From positions 9,924 through 73,923 of the forward strand of contig CAZQVF010000001.1 of assembly GCA_964596735.1 (NCBI GenBank): 64,000 nucleotides of DNA, given 5' to 3'. The notes below the pieces were generated by a model that saw only the letters and a program-made list of their open reading frames with translations, was not told the DNA's origin and ran no database searches. This document shows, piece after piece, positions 9,678 to 19,667 of the stretch. The position numbers were made by a program, and so were the translations under genes. The DNA comes from an uncultured Gammaproteobacteria bacterium (lineage in GTDB: Bacteria; Patescibacteriota; Patescibacteriia; UBA2591; UBA6264). Positions within the stretch are counted from its first letter, which is position 1, and each line of letters begins with the position of its first letter.

Positions 9678-10727
9678 ATGGGTTTTTTTGGTTTTAAACA
9701 AAAAAAAAGTTTTCTAGGCATTGATATTGGGTCAACTAGTATTAAGTTAGTTGAGCTTAGTAAAGAAAAAGGAACTCCCACTTTAGTTACTTATGGTTAT
9801 GCAGAAAGGGCGATTAGTGATATTGTTAAGGGTGATGCTCAGAAAATTTTAAATAAAGTTGCTGCTTTATTAAAAAGGCTATATACAGATGCAGGAATTA
9901 CTAGTTTTCAGGCAGTAACAGCGTTGCCAAATTACTCTGTTTTTAATTCAGTGATTACCCTTCCAATGATGAATAAAAAAGAACTGGATTCCGCTGTTCG
10001 TTGGGAAGCTAAAAAGTTTGTTCCCATGCCCATTAATGACGTGGTCTTGGATTGGCGCATTATTGATACCATTGAAGTTGATAAAAGAAGAAAAAACTAT
10101 CGTATTCTTTTAACTGCAGCGGCCAAGAATTTGGTCAGAAGATATGTTGAAATTTTCAAAAAAGCTGATCTACAGCTCTTATCTTTAGAAACTGAATCAT
10201 TTGCTTTGTCGAGGGCCTTAATTGGCAAAAGTCAGGCAACGACTATGATTATTGATACTAGCGCCGTAACCACTGACATTCTTATTATTGAAAAAGGCGT
10301 GCCCGCTCTTAATCGTAGTATTGATGTTGGGGGGATTACTATTTCTCGGGCTATTGCTAATAGTTTAAATATTGATTTTAAAAGAGCAGAACAGTTTAAA
10401 AGAGATATTGGCATGGGTGGTTCTTCTAAAATTCCCAAGGTGATCGAGGGGATTCTTAAACCAGTAATTGATGAAATGCGTTATTCATTAAAACTTTATC
10501 AAGATCAGTCAGGCAAGGTAGTAGAACAGGTAATTTTTTCTGGCGGATCTGCTTATTTGCCTAATCTGGTTGAATATTTTTCTAAAATTTTAAATATACG
10601 TGTTATTATTGGCAATCCCTGGGCCAGAATTGCTTATCCAGAAGAATTAAAGCCGGCTTTGGAAGAGGTTGCTCCTCGTTTTGCTGTGGCCGTTGGATTA
10701 GCCTTAAGGGAAATTATAAGAACCTGA
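9678..10727 (+). CDS. pilM: Type IV pilus assembly protein PilM
   Basis: Actin-like LGIDIGSTSIKLVEL, GGITISRAIA, SGGSAYLPNL, FAVAVGLALR; ATG at 9678. Confidence 0.93.
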   Translation: MGFFGFKQKKSFLGIDIGSTSIKLVELSKEKGTPTLVTYGYAERAISDIVKGDAQKILNKVAALLKRLYTDAGITSFQAVTALPNYSVFNSVITLPMMNKKELDSAVRWEAKKFVPMPINDVVLDWRIIDTIEVDKRRKNYRILLTAAAKNLVRRYVEIFKKADLQLLSLETESFALSRALIGKSQATTMIIDTSAVTTDILIIEKGVPALNRSIDVGGITISRAIANSLNIDFKRAEQFKRDIGMGGSSKIPKVIEGILKPVIDEMRYSLKLYQDQSGKVVEQVIFSGGSAYLPNLVEYFSKILNIRVIIGNPWARIAYPEELKPALEEVAPRFAVAVGLALREIIRT

Positions 10728-10773
10728 TTTTATCAGAATCTTGATTTTCAATTAAGTAAAACTTGAAATTAAA
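10716..10773 (+). repeat. Dispersed GAACC-hairpin repeat, copy 2 (variant, two modules; supplies pilM stop)
   Basis: ATAAGAACC-TGATTTTATCA-GAATC-TTGATTTTCAATTAAGTAAAAC-TTGAAATTAAA. Confidence 0.7.
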
Positions 10774-10797
10774 ATCTTTAAATTTTTAAATAAATAT

Positions 10798-11601
10798 ATG
10801 GCCATTGTTCCCAATGTTTCTAGACAACCGGGGGATAGAAATGTCAATTCTCTTGCCCCTGAAAACAAGCCGTTAAAAAAGAGCTGGCTAGGTTCGATTT
10901 TTAAAAAAGAAAAAAAATCTTTGGCAGAGCCAAAAGAGCAAGCACCCTTGAGTGAAGAAGAGATTAGAAAACTGTCAGAGAAGAATTTAGAAAAAAAAGA
11001 AAAAAAAGGGTCTGTTGAAAAGTCGTTATTAAGCGACGAAGCTCAGACAGGCTCTTTAGATATTAGTTTAATGCCGGAAAAGGCAGTGATTATCCCCCGT
11101 ATTATTCGTTCCCGGTTATTAATTCTTATTGCCGCTTTAGCCGTTATTGTGCCCGCCTTTGTTTTAGTTTGGCTATACACTGATTATCATTTTGAAAAAA
11201 TGAGAAACGAGGTGATAGCGATGGAAAGAGAAATGCAGTTTTTAAAAGCGCAAAGCGGGTCACTTTTAAAGGTAAGAGATGAGATAATGAATCTGGAGAC
11301 TCAGGCAGCCCGGGCAGAGGAAATTTTAAATGATCATATTTATTGGACTAAATTTTTTAGTTTATTAGAGGCTTATACAATTCCAAATCTTTATTTTAGT
11401 GATTTCACAGCTGATACTAGTGGAATTATTCGACTAGATGCAATGGGTCGAGATTTAATTGATATTGCTCAGCAGATCATTGTCTTTACTCAAGCAGAAG
11501 ATTTTGCCAAAGAGGTAACCGCCTCTAATATTGCTCTGACCCCGGAAGGGATAAGGGCTTCTTTTAGTTTGCTTTTAAATGATAATGTTTTTAAAAAATA
11601 A
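10798..11601 (+). CDS. PilN-like pilus alignment protein
   Basis: Single TM helix, coiled coil and HIYWTKFF..LE...P segment; position after pilM. Confidence 0.7.
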   Translation: MAIVPNVSRQPGDRNVNSLAPENKPLKKSWLGSIFKKEKKSLAEPKEQAPLSEEEIRKLSEKNLEKKEKKGSVEKSLLSDEAQTGSLDISLMPEKAVIIPRIIRSRLLILIAALAVIVPAFVLVWLYTDYHFEKMRNEVIAMEREMQFLKAQSGSLLKVRDEIMNLETQAARAEEILNDHIYWTKFFSLLEAYTIPNLYFSDFTADTSGIIRLDAMGRDLIDIAQQIIVFTQAEDFAKEVTASNIALTPEGIRASFSLLLNDNVFKK

Positions 11602-11631
11602 GAACCTGCTTTGCAGAACCTTGAAATTAAA
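11598..11631 (+). repeat. Dispersed GAACC-hairpin repeat, copy 3
   Basis: ATAAGAACCTGCTTTGCAGAACCTTGAAATTAAA overlapping the pilN stop codon. Confidence 0.92.
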
Positions 11632-11651
11632 AAACATTTTAATTATAGCAT

Positions 11652-12206
11652 ATGGCTCGGGTAAGAAGAGAACAAGTTAAAATAAGAAAATATCAAAATT
11701 TTGTTGTCAGACTTTATTGGTTGGTGATTATTTTACTTTTTCTAGCCGCAGTTTGCGTTGAGTATTTTTTAATTATTAAACCAAGACTAGAACAAACATA
11801 TAATGGTGGCCCATTGGATGTGGAAAGTCGACAAGTTATTTTAGAGGAACAAAGAATCTATTATGAAGCATTAAAAGCATTAGAAAAAGAAGCTAATGAG
11901 ATTAACCAAGCAGAATTAGAAAAAGTAAATTATGTTATTGCAGAGAAGATGAATATACCAGATATTTTAAATCAAATTTTTCTTTTAAATAAGCAAGAAG
12001 GGATGGAGCCACTTGGTTTTGATTTTGCTTTTGATCAAGGCGTTTTACAAATAAATCTACACCTTAAGACAAGTAATTATCAAGATATTAAGAAATATTT
12101 AGATGAAATCGAAAAAAATATTCGCATCATGGACATCACTAGCATATCAATTAAGGGAATAGGAACAGATCTTTCTTTAACTGTTCAAAGTTATTATCTA
12201 GAATAA
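11652..12206 (+). CDS. PilO-like pilus alignment protein
   Basis: TM helix + coiled coil + YQDIKKYLDEIEKNIRIMDI ferredoxin-like tail; operon position. Confidence 0.7.
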   Translation: MARVRREQVKIRKYQNFVVRLYWLVIILLFLAAVCVEYFLIIKPRLEQTYNGGPLDVESRQVILEEQRIYYEALKALEKEANEINQAELEKVNYVIAEKMNIPDILNQIFLLNKQEGMEPLGFDFAFDQGVLQINLHLKTSNYQDIKKYLDEIEKNIRIMDITSISIKGIGTDLSLTVQSYYLE

Positions 12207-12209
12207 GAC

Positions 12210-12524
12210 ATGGCTAAAATAAAAAGACAACACATTTTTCTTGTAATTTTTATCCTTTTAATTGGATTAATGATTTTTATTATTTCCAAGAATACAGAGA
12301 TACTAGGATTAAAAGGAGGTTCAGATTCAGGCCCTGGCATTGTTAAACCTGACTACTTAATGAAACCCATCCCTAAGATAAATAAGATTAAAACAGTTGT
12401 TGACAATCCAAAATTTAAAGAAATGAAATACGTTAAGGAATTTTTTGAACAAGTAGAAGTTGAAGAAAAAGGTCGGGCCAACCCTTTTATGCCTTATAGA
12501 CCAGACGAAATTCTTGAAGAATAA
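12210..12524 (+). CDS. Small membrane protein, PilP-like by position
   Basis: N-terminal TM helix; GRANPF resembles the RDPF motif of PilP. Confidence 0.5.
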   Translation: MAKIKRQHIFLVIFILLIGLMIFIISKNTEILGLKGGSDSGPGIVKPDYLMKPIPKINKIKTVVDNPKFKEMKYVKEFFEQVEVEEKGRANPFMPYRPDEILEE

Positions 12525-12541
12525 ATTCATTTAATTAAATT

Positions 12542-14290
12542 ATGATACAGTCTGAGAATAAAATTACCCGTTTTTTAGTTGAACACGGCAAGATTTCTCG
12601 AGCACAATATAAGGAATTGTTAGCCGAAGCTAGAGAAGTCCGCTTGCCTGCGGATAAACTTTTAGAGACAAAGAAAATTTTACCCGAAGAAGACATTGCT
12701 TGGGCTAAAGGCCAATTATATACAGTGCCAGTAATTGACTTATATGGTTTAATTGTTGACCGCAAGGTTCTTAGCTTAGTGCCTAAGGATGTGGCTGAGA
12801 ATTATCAAGTGGCCGCCTTTGCCAAAGAAGGAAATATTTTAAAAGTGGCCATGCTTAATCCAGGTGATTTTAAGGGAAGAGAGGCAATAGATTTTCTTGC
12901 CCGACGAAAAAAACTCAAGCCAGAATTTTATACAACCGCTAGTTCTGCTCTAAAAAATATTTTAGCTCAATATGGGGGCTTATCAGTAGAAGTTAGTGAA
13001 GCAGTTGGTGCAGAAGAATCCCGGTTTGCCCCCATCACCCCAGAGAAAAAATTAACAATCGGAGAAATGGATTTGGAAAAAATGGGTCAGGCAGCTCCAA
13101 TTTCTAAATTAGTCGGCTCTATCTTAAAATATGCGGTTGATAACAATGCTTCTGATGTTCATATTGAGCCCTATACAGACAAAACAAGGGTGCGTTATCG
13201 GGTAGATGGTATTTTAAGAGAAACAGCAATGTTGCCGGGACATCTTCATCCAGCCATTGTTTCTCGAGTTAAAGTGATGGCCAATCTTAAGCTTGACGAG
13301 ACTCGGGTTCCACAGGATGGGCGTATCAGAGTGATTGCCGCCAAAAGAAAGATAGATTTACGTGTTTCTGTATTTCCTTTATTTGACAAAGAAAAAGTAG
13401 TAATGAGGGTTCTTGACCCAGCTCGTCGCGTCTTTGATTTAAAGGATTTAGGTTTTTGGGGAAAAGGTTTGGAGATAATCAAAAAGAATTTAGCTCGAGC
13501 TCATGGTTTGGTTCTAATTACCGGGCCAACTGGTTGTGGTAAAACAACTACTATTTTCGCCTCTTTAAAAATACTTAATCAAGTGAGTGTTAATGTGGTT
13601 ACTTTAGAAGACCCTATTGAATATTTTTTAGCCGGGACTAATCAATCTCAGGTGCGCCCTAAAATTGGTTATTCTTTTGCTTCTGGCTTGCGTTCAGTTG
13701 TTCGTCAAGACCCAGACATTATCATGGTTGGTGAGATTCGTGATAATGAGACAGCCGAATTAGCCACTCACGCTGCCTTAACTGGACACGTTGTTCTTTC
13801 TACTCTTCATACTAATGATGCCTTTGGAGCAGTGCCTCGTTTAATTGATATGGACATAGAACCATTTTTAATTGCCTCTTCATTAAATTTAGTTGTTGCC
13901 CAAAGACTAGTCCGAAAGCTTTGTCCTCATTGTGCCGAACAAGCCGAGTTTTCTCCAGCAGTGGAAAAAACAATAGAACAGGCATTAAAAGACATCAGAG
14001 ATCTTGATTTAGATAAATATCGAGATAAAAAAACAAATCATTTAAAGTTTTATAGAGGCAAGGGCTGTCCTCGATGTAATAATGAAGGTTATCAAGGACG
14101 AGTAGCTATTTCAGAGGCACTAGAGATTACTGAACAAATGAAGGAAATTATTACTAGTGGCTGTAAAATTGATGAGGTTAGGAGGGAGTTTGCTAGACAA
14201 GGGATGTTAGAAATAATCAAAGATGGATACCTTAAGGTTTTACGAGGCGAAACAACAATTGAAGAGGTTTTAAGAGCGGCCAGTGAATAA
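12542..14290 (+). CDS. pilB: Type IV pilus extension ATPase PilB/GspE
   Basis: ASDVHIEP, PQDGR, GPTGCGKTTT, TLEDPIE, RQDPDIIMVGEIRD, STLHTND, Cys4 motif. Confidence 0.95.
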   Translation: MIQSENKITRFLVEHGKISRAQYKELLAEAREVRLPADKLLETKKILPEEDIAWAKGQLYTVPVIDLYGLIVDRKVLSLVPKDVAENYQVAAFAKEGNILKVAMLNPGDFKGREAIDFLARRKKLKPEFYTTASSALKNILAQYGGLSVEVSEAVGAEESRFAPITPEKKLTIGEMDLEKMGQAAPISKLVGSILKYAVDNNASDVHIEPYTDKTRVRYRVDGILRETAMLPGHLHPAIVSRVKVMANLKLDETRVPQDGRIRVIAAKRKIDLRVSVFPLFDKEKVVMRVLDPARRVFDLKDLGFWGKGLEIIKKNLARAHGLVLITGPTGCGKTTTIFASLKILNQVSVNVVTLEDPIEYFLAGTNQSQVRPKIGYSFASGLRSVVRQDPDIIMVGEIRDNETAELATHAALTGHVVLSTLHTNDAFGAVPRLIDMDIEPFLIASSLNLVVAQRLVRKLCPHCAEQAEFSPAVEKTIEQALKDIRDLDLDKYRDKKTNHLKFYRGKGCPRCNNEGYQGRVAISEALEITEQMKEIITSGCKIDEVRREFARQGMLEIIKDGYLKVLRGETTIEEVLRAASE

Positions 14291-14307
14291 ATTATTAAAT
14301 TATATTT

Positions 14308-15381
14308 ATGAGCACACAAACAGAAGTTATTTTAAATCGTATTTGCCGGGGAGCGGCAGAAAGAAAGGCTTCAGAGATTTATTTATTACCAGCTCAATCT
14401 CCATTTATCAGAGTTGACGGCAAAATGAAAACATTAACCGGAGAGGGAATTGTTTCTTTGTCTTTTATTAACGATTTAATCCCAATTTTTTTAAATTCAG
14501 AAGAACAAGATGTTTTAAAAAAGGAAAGGCAAATCGAAACAATTAAACCTATCGGTAAAATTGGGAGCTCGCAGATAAATGTTTATTATCAAAAAAATGA
14601 ATTAGCTTGTCGTATAAAATTATTGGCCCAAGAAATTATTGCTTTGGAAAAGCTGGGATTACCAGAGATGGTTACTAATTTTACTAATTTATTAAGGGGA
14701 ATTGTTTTTATTACTGGGCCAAGAGACTCGGGTCGATCAACCCTATTAACCTCTTTATTGGATCATATTAATAAGACTCAGGTTAAATTTATTTCCACCT
14801 TAGAAAAGCCGATTAAAGCCACCTTAAGGGGGGTTAAAAGTGTGGTTGAGCAAAGAGAGGTTGGCAAAGATGTTCCTTCATTTTTAGATGGCCTGCGCTA
14901 TATTAGAAAAAGAAACGCAGAAATAGTTATGATTTCACAGATTAAACGAGTTGAAGAAGTAAAAGAAATTTTTGCTATTGCTGAAGCCGGAAGCCTAGTC
15001 TTTACAATTATGGATACCGCCTCAGCCGTTAAAACAATTAGAAGAATTTTACATTTTTTCCCAGCCGAAGAACAAGAAAGCGTCAGATACTTTTTAAGTG
15101 AAAACTTGGGCGGCATTGTTGCTTCTCGTTTAGTGCCCCGAATTGGCGGAGGACGCATTCGGGCCTTAGAGGTTTTGCCTGGAACCCAGGCAGTTAGATC
15201 TATTATTGCCAATGGACGCCTTCATCAGTTAACCGGAGTGATTCAAGCCAGTGAAGATCAGACTTCGATTTCTTTAGATCAATATTTAGCTGATTTGGTT
15301 ACTTCAGGTAAGGTAATGACTGAAGATGCAGTTAAGTATAGTGTTGATGAAGAGCTTTTCCACTCTTTATTAAGAAGATAA
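14308..15381 (+). CDS. PilT/PilU-family protein with degenerate ATPase motifs
   Basis: Overall PilT architecture (QREVG.DV.SF, R..A.EV), but Walker A reads GPRDSGRST, Walker B reads IVMISQI, and the His box is absent. Confidence 0.8.
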   Translation: MSTQTEVILNRICRGAAERKASEIYLLPAQSPFIRVDGKMKTLTGEGIVSLSFINDLIPIFLNSEEQDVLKKERQIETIKPIGKIGSSQINVYYQKNELACRIKLLAQEIIALEKLGLPEMVTNFTNLLRGIVFITGPRDSGRSTLLTSLLDHINKTQVKFISTLEKPIKATLRGVKSVVEQREVGKDVPSFLDGLRYIRKRNAEIVMISQIKRVEEVKEIFAIAEAGSLVFTIMDTASAVKTIRRILHFFPAEEQESVRYFLSENLGGIVASRLVPRIGGGRIRALEVLPGTQAVRSIIANGRLHQLTGVIQASEDQTSISLDQYLADLVTSGKVMTEDAVKYSVDEELFHSLLRR

Positions 15382-15409
15382 GAATGCAAAATCTTGTCAT
15401 ATTTAAAAG

Positions 15410-16621
15410 ATGTTATTTGAATACAAGGCAAAAAATTTAAAAGGAGAAACAGTTGAAGGAACTCTGGAAGCAATTAATCAGGAAGCAGCGGTCAATGTTT
15501 TGGCCGGCCGCAAAATGATTATTATTTCTTTAAAAGAATCTGGGGCGCTCCCTATTTGGCGTCGGCCTTTACGTATCGCTTTTTTGGAAAGAGTTAATCC
15601 AAAAGACATGGTTTTTATGTCTCGTCAGCTTTCCGTTATGGTTTTGGCCGGATTGCCATTAGTTAAGGCTCTGGAGGTTTTGGCCCGCCAGACAAGCAAG
15701 GCCTTTTTAAAGCAGGTGATTAATATTATCGCCGAAGACGTACGGGGAGGAACAAGATTTTCTACGGCCTTGGCTAAGTATCCTAAAATTTTTGATGATT
15801 TTTATGTTAATATGGTCCGAGCTGGAGAAACAGCTGGGAAGCTTGATGAGGTTTTAAATTATTTAGCTAATGAACAAGAAAAGAGTTATGATTTAATGAG
15901 CAAGATAAGGGGAGCAATGATTTATCCGGTTTTTGTTATTGTTGGGGTTGTTGGCGTAATGATTTTAATGATGGTTTTTGTTATTCCTCAGTTAACTGGT
16001 ATTTTAAAAGAATCAGGCGTGGCCTTGCCATTGCCAACCCTTGTTTTAATTAAAACTAGTGAGATTTTAAAGCAATATTTTGTTCTTGTTATGCTTGGGG
16101 CCATTGGGGCTGGTTTTGGCATAAGAGCTTTTTTCAAAAGCAAATCAGGCAAAGCCGCCTTAGACAGTCTTCTTTTAGGGCTTCCAGTTTTTGGTAATTT
16201 ATTTCAACAAGTCTATCTGGTTCGTTTCTCCCGCAGTCTCTCAACCTTAATTATTGGCGGCATTCCTTTAACTTCAGCTTTAAGAATAGTAGCCGGAGTA
16301 GTTAGTAATAATGTTTATAAAAATTTAATCCTTGATGCTGTTATTGATGTAGAAGAGGGTCGTTCAATAAGTAGTGCTTTTATGGATGAACCTCAGGTGC
16401 CTAAGATGCTCCCTCATTTAATGGCGATTGGAGAAGAAACTGGTCGGCTTGATGAGGTTTTACAAAAGATTGCTGATTTTTATTCTCGAGAAGTAGAAAA
16501 TATTTTAGCAAAATTAGTTACTCTACTTGAACCAATTATTATCATCTTCTTGGGTGTAGTTGTCGGCGGTATGGTTGCCTCTATTATCTTGCCTATGTAT
16601 AAATTAGCTTCTGCCTTTTAA
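15410..16621 (+). CDS. pilC: Type IV pilus platform protein PilC/GspF
   Basis: RQLSVM..AGLPL, AGE.AGKLDEVL, AMIYP, GEETGRLD, LLEPIII. Confidence 0.95.
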   Translation: MLFEYKAKNLKGETVEGTLEAINQEAAVNVLAGRKMIIISLKESGALPIWRRPLRIAFLERVNPKDMVFMSRQLSVMVLAGLPLVKALEVLARQTSKAFLKQVINIIAEDVRGGTRFSTALAKYPKIFDDFYVNMVRAGETAGKLDEVLNYLANEQEKSYDLMSKIRGAMIYPVFVIVGVVGVMILMMVFVIPQLTGILKESGVALPLPTLVLIKTSEILKQYFVLVMLGAIGAGFGIRAFFKSKSGKAALDSLLLGLPVFGNLFQQVYLVRFSRSLSTLIIGGIPLTSALRIVAGVVSNNVYKNLILDAVIDVEEGRSISSAFMDEPQVPKMLPHLMAIGEETGRLDEVLQKIADFYSREVENILAKLVTLLEPIIIIFLGVVVGGMVASIILPMYKLASAF

Positions 16622-16693
16622 GGGCTCGTAGCTCAATGGTAGAGCGCTTGATTCACATTCAAGAGGTTGATGGTTCGATCCCATCTGGGCCCA
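16622..16693 (+). tRNA. tRNA-Val(CAC)
   Basis: GGGCTCG/TGGGCCC acceptor stem, CTTGA-TTCACAT-TCAAG anticodon arm, GATGG-TTCGATC-CCATC T arm; CCA not encoded. Confidence 0.93.
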
Positions 16694-16705
16694 TTTTCTA
16701 AATAT

Positions 16706-17542
16706 ATGCCAGAATTACCAGAAGTTGAAACAATTAAAAATCAGTTAAAAGTCAAGATTAAATCAAAAACAATAAAAAAAATCGAGGTTAAACTGTCTAA
16801 GATGGTCAGAGATACCTCGGTGGTTTTTTTTAAGAAAATGGTGGTGGGAATAAAAATTAAAAACATTGAACGAAGAGCCAAACTTTTAATTATTCACTTG
16901 AATAATGGTTATTCATTGGTTATTCATTTAAAATTATCTGGTCAATTAGTTTATTATCCTAGTTTAGAACAAAAAAAAGAAAAACATACTCATTTAATTT
17001 ATTATTTTTCTGACAACAGTTGTCTCTGTCACAATGATCTAAGGCAATTTGGTTATGTTAAATTAATTAAAACAACAGATCTAGAAAAGTTTTTTCAACA
17101 ACAAGGCTTAGGCCCCGAGCCCCTGGATAAAAGTTTTACTTTAAAAAAATTTAAAGAATTATTAAACAAAAGACCTAATTCAAAGATTAAACCTCTTTTA
17201 ATAAACCAATCTTTTATTGCTGGCATTGGTAATATTTATGCCCAGGAAGCTTGCTGGGGTGCCCAGATTTTACCCATTAGATTAGTTAAGTCTTTAACAG
17301 AAAAAGAAATAAAAAAGCTACATCACTGTTTAATTAAAATTTTAAAACTAGCGATTAAAAGCAAGGGAACAACAGCGGCTGACGCTCATTATATTGATGC
17401 TCAGGGAAGAGAAGGGAGTTATAAAAGCAAATTAAAGGTTTATCAACGACAGAATAAAAAATGTTTTCGTTGTTCACAGAAGATTAAAAGAATAAAATTA
17501 GGCGGGAGAGGAACCAGTTATTGTCCGGGTTGTCAAAAATAA
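16706..17542 (+). CDS. mutM: Formamidopyrimidine-DNA glycosylase
   Basis: MPELPEVE N-terminus, RRAK, IAGIGNIYA, C-terminal CFRC...CPGCQ zinc finger. Confidence 0.96.
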   Translation: MPELPEVETIKNQLKVKIKSKTIKKIEVKLSKMVRDTSVVFFKKMVVGIKIKNIERRAKLLIIHLNNGYSLVIHLKLSGQLVYYPSLEQKKEKHTHLIYYFSDNSCLCHNDLRQFGYVKLIKTTDLEKFFQQQGLGPEPLDKSFTLKKFKELLNKRPNSKIKPLLINQSFIAGIGNIYAQEACWGAQILPIRLVKSLTEKEIKKLHHCLIKILKLAIKSKGTTAADAHYIDAQGREGSYKSKLKVYQRQNKKCFRCSQKIKRIKLGGRGTSYCPGCQK

Positions 17543-17544
17543 AG

Positions 17545-17575
17545 AGGCTTTGGATTTTTTCTTTTTCCAAAGCCT
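17545..17575. terminator. Hairpin between convergent mutM and DUF3108-like gene
   Basis: AGGCTTTGGA...TCCAAAGCCT inverted repeat. Confidence 0.6.
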
Positions 17576-17577
17576 AT

Positions 17578-18426
17578 TTACTGATTACTTATTTTGCTGG
17601 TTAAGGTGTAAGGAAGAACCGACTGACTGATTAAGACATAGGCATAAACAGTGGTTTTTACTTCTTTAATGCCAATGAAGGGGATGGGTAAAGGGACAAT
17701 GGCATCAACTTGTGCCATTAAAGGAAAGTGATATTGATCGTCACTTATCCAAACCTTAATATGATTTTCTTCACGGAAATAGTGTATTTTTTCCATAAGA
17801 GAGATGTCACACTTAAGGGCTTGGTATGCTTCATTTTCAATGTTGACGATTTCTTTTTGTTTAATAATCAGGGGCATTATTTTAGGAATGACCTGATTAT
17901 TATTCTTTCCTAAAATAGACAAATAATGAACATCATTAACCAATCCCTCCCTTGTTCTTAATTGCATGCCCAAGGTTATCACCTCTTGCAGATCTGTTGG
18001 AGAAAAGCTGGAATCAACAACCACTTTTTCAAAAAAAGGTGATTGCCCTGTCTGCAAGTACTTGTAGGTCATTTCCCGGCCGTTTTTAGTCAGATAAGTC
18101 CAACTAGTATCTGGTGAAGTAAGTAGATCGTCTGAAGCAGCAAAGCGATAGGTTTTTTTAAACTGACCAGTATAACGATTAAACTCAGTATAAATAGTAT
18201 CAACCGTAGCCACCAGCCCTCGGGCTAAACCTATTGTCTGTGAAGTCAGATAAACTGTCATTAAAGAGTCATTTTCTAGTGAAAGACCAATCTCAATATC
18301 AATGACCGCCACTTTTAGTGTTAGCCAGCGAACCTCGGCTGATATTTTTTCTCCAATGAATTTGTCAAATGATGTTTGTCCCCAAACTATTTTAACCAAC
18401 AAAAAAAGAACGATTATTTTTTTCAA
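17578..18426 (-). CDS. Secreted DUF3108-like protein
   Basis: TTG start preceded by AAGGAGGA; signal-peptide-like LKKIIVLFLLVKIVWG; GEKI...VRW and IKVWISDDQYHFPL resemble DUF3108. Confidence 0.55.
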   Translation of the reverse strand: MKKIIVLFLLVKIVWGQTSFDKFIGEKISAEVRWLTLKVAVIDIEIGLSLENDSLMTVYLTSQTIGLARGLVATVDTIYTEFNRYTGQFKKTYRFAASDDLLTSPDTSWTYLTKNGREMTYKYLQTGQSPFFEKVVVDSSFSPTDLQEVITLGMQLRTREGLVNDVHYLSILGKNNNQVIPKIMPLIIKQKEIVNIENEAYQALKCDISLMEKIHYFREENHIKVWISDDQYHFPLMAQVDAIVPLPIPFIGIKEVKTTVYAYVLISQSVLPYTLTSKISNQ

Positions 18427-18510
18427 GGTACAATCCTCCTTTTTTAATATATTATATATTATAAATGAGAGAGGGTTTTTGTCAAATACCATAGACATGA
18501 AAAGCGGGGA

Positions 18511-18519
18511 TGTGGATAA
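18511..18519 (-). promoter_or_regulatory. DnaA box
   Basis: TGTGGATAA (TTATCCACA on minus strand) in the divergent intergenic region. Confidence 0.45.
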
Positions 18520-18524
18520 CTTTA

Positions 18525-18578
18525 TTGACCTAAATTATTTACCTGTTAATATGTACCTATACCTATGGTCGGGGTATA
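18525..18578 (+). promoter_or_regulatory. Copper operon promoter and CsoR-type operator
   Basis: TTGACC-16-TAATAT with extended TG; operator TATACC-N9-GGTATA with G-tract (18558-18578), typical of CsoR/RcnR sites. Confidence 0.7.
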
Positions 18579-18601
18579 TATAATTTATTTATTTTAAAAA
18601 T

Positions 18602-18874
18602 ATGATTACTCAAAAACAAAAAACACTTATTAATTTTAAAAAAGCGCAAAGCCTAATGGTAAAAATTATTAAGATGACAGAAGACAATGAATATTGTATT
18701 GATATTATGCAGCAAAACTTGGCCGTGATAGGACTTTTAAAATCAGCCCATCAGATGTTAATGGAGGGACATTTAAATACTTGTTTTAAAAGAGCAATGG
18801 GAACAAAGAATGAGAAACGAAAAAAAGAAATGATTCAAGAGATTTTAAAAGTTACTAAATTATCTAATAAATAA
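18602..18874 (+). CDS. csoR: CsoR/RcnR family metal-sensing repressor
   Basis: YCIDIMQQ..AV.G.L and HLNTC give the Cys/His/Cys copper ligand pattern. Confidence 0.88.
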   Translation: MITQKQKTLINFKKAQSLMVKIIKMTEDNEYCIDIMQQNLAVIGLLKSAHQMLMEGHLNTCFKRAMGTKNEKRKKEMIQEILKVTKLSNK

Positions 18875-18877
18875 ATT

Positions 18878-19663
18878 ATGTTTAAAAAATATTTACCATT
18901 TATTATTATTGGTCTTGTTATAGTGATTGGTGGAGGAATAACATTTGGCCAAGGAGGGGTTGAAAAGAGTCAGGAGAATAACACTGAAGCTCAGTGTGAA
19001 ATCAATGAGATGGTTTTTTATTATCTTGATTCTTGTAGCTGGTGCCAAAAAGTTAAAAGCGAAAAAACTATTTCAAAATTAGAATCCTTGGGTGTGAGAG
19101 TCGAACAGATTAGAGCAAACGTTGGTCCGGTTCGTCATCAATTTCAAGGAGTGCCAACTTTTGTTATCAATGAAAATGTATATAGCGGTTACAAAACATT
19201 TGAGGAATTAAAAGAATTGTTAAAATGTTCAGAAGATAACCAAGTCTTGTCTCAACTTGAATCTCCCAAGTTTGAATTTATTGGAGAGAACGGAGAAAAT
19301 GTTTCTTTAATAAATAGACAGATAAGTTTAACGGCTAATATTCTTGATGATAATTTGGCTCATTATTACAACACAGAACTTCCCAGTGGAAAAACAGTCT
19401 ACTTTTTTGTGGTTAAAGACAAAAACGGTATTTATCGAGCGGCTGCCAATGCCTGCCAGGTTTGTTTTGATTCAAGGATGGGCTTTCGTCAACAGGGTGA
19501 TTTTATGGTCTGTAACACCTGTGGAAATAAATATCCTTTGGAAAAGATTGCCACAGAAAAAGGCGGATGTAATCCAGGCCCAATTAACCCAGATCTAAAA
19601 GTTAAAGATGGAAAGATAACCATTAAACAGGCAGAACTGGAGGAAATCGCCGAACTCTTCTAA
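18878..19663 (+). CDS. Membrane-anchored glutaredoxin-like + DUF2318 (Fe-S, FtrD-like) fusion
   Basis: CSWC and GVPTF thioredoxin fold; ACQVC...MVCNTCG...GGCNP DUF2318-like Cys pattern. Confidence 0.75.
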   Translation: MFKKYLPFIIIGLVIVIGGGITFGQGGVEKSQENNTEAQCEINEMVFYYLDSCSWCQKVKSEKTISKLESLGVRVEQIRANVGPVRHQFQGVPTFVINENVYSGYKTFEELKELLKCSEDNQVLSQLESPKFEFIGENGENVSLINRQISLTANILDDNLAHYYNTELPSGKTVYFFVVKDKNGIYRAAANACQVCFDSRMGFRQQGDFMVCNTCGNKYPLEKIATEKGGCNPGPINPDLKVKDGKITIKQAELEEIAELF

Positions 19664-19667
19664 ATAT

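Noticed and set aside
16667-16705. N-terminal extension of MutM given by the ORF track
   Set aside because: It overlaps tRNA-Val, and MutM needs Pro2 of MPELPEV as its catalytic N-terminus, so the start is 16706.
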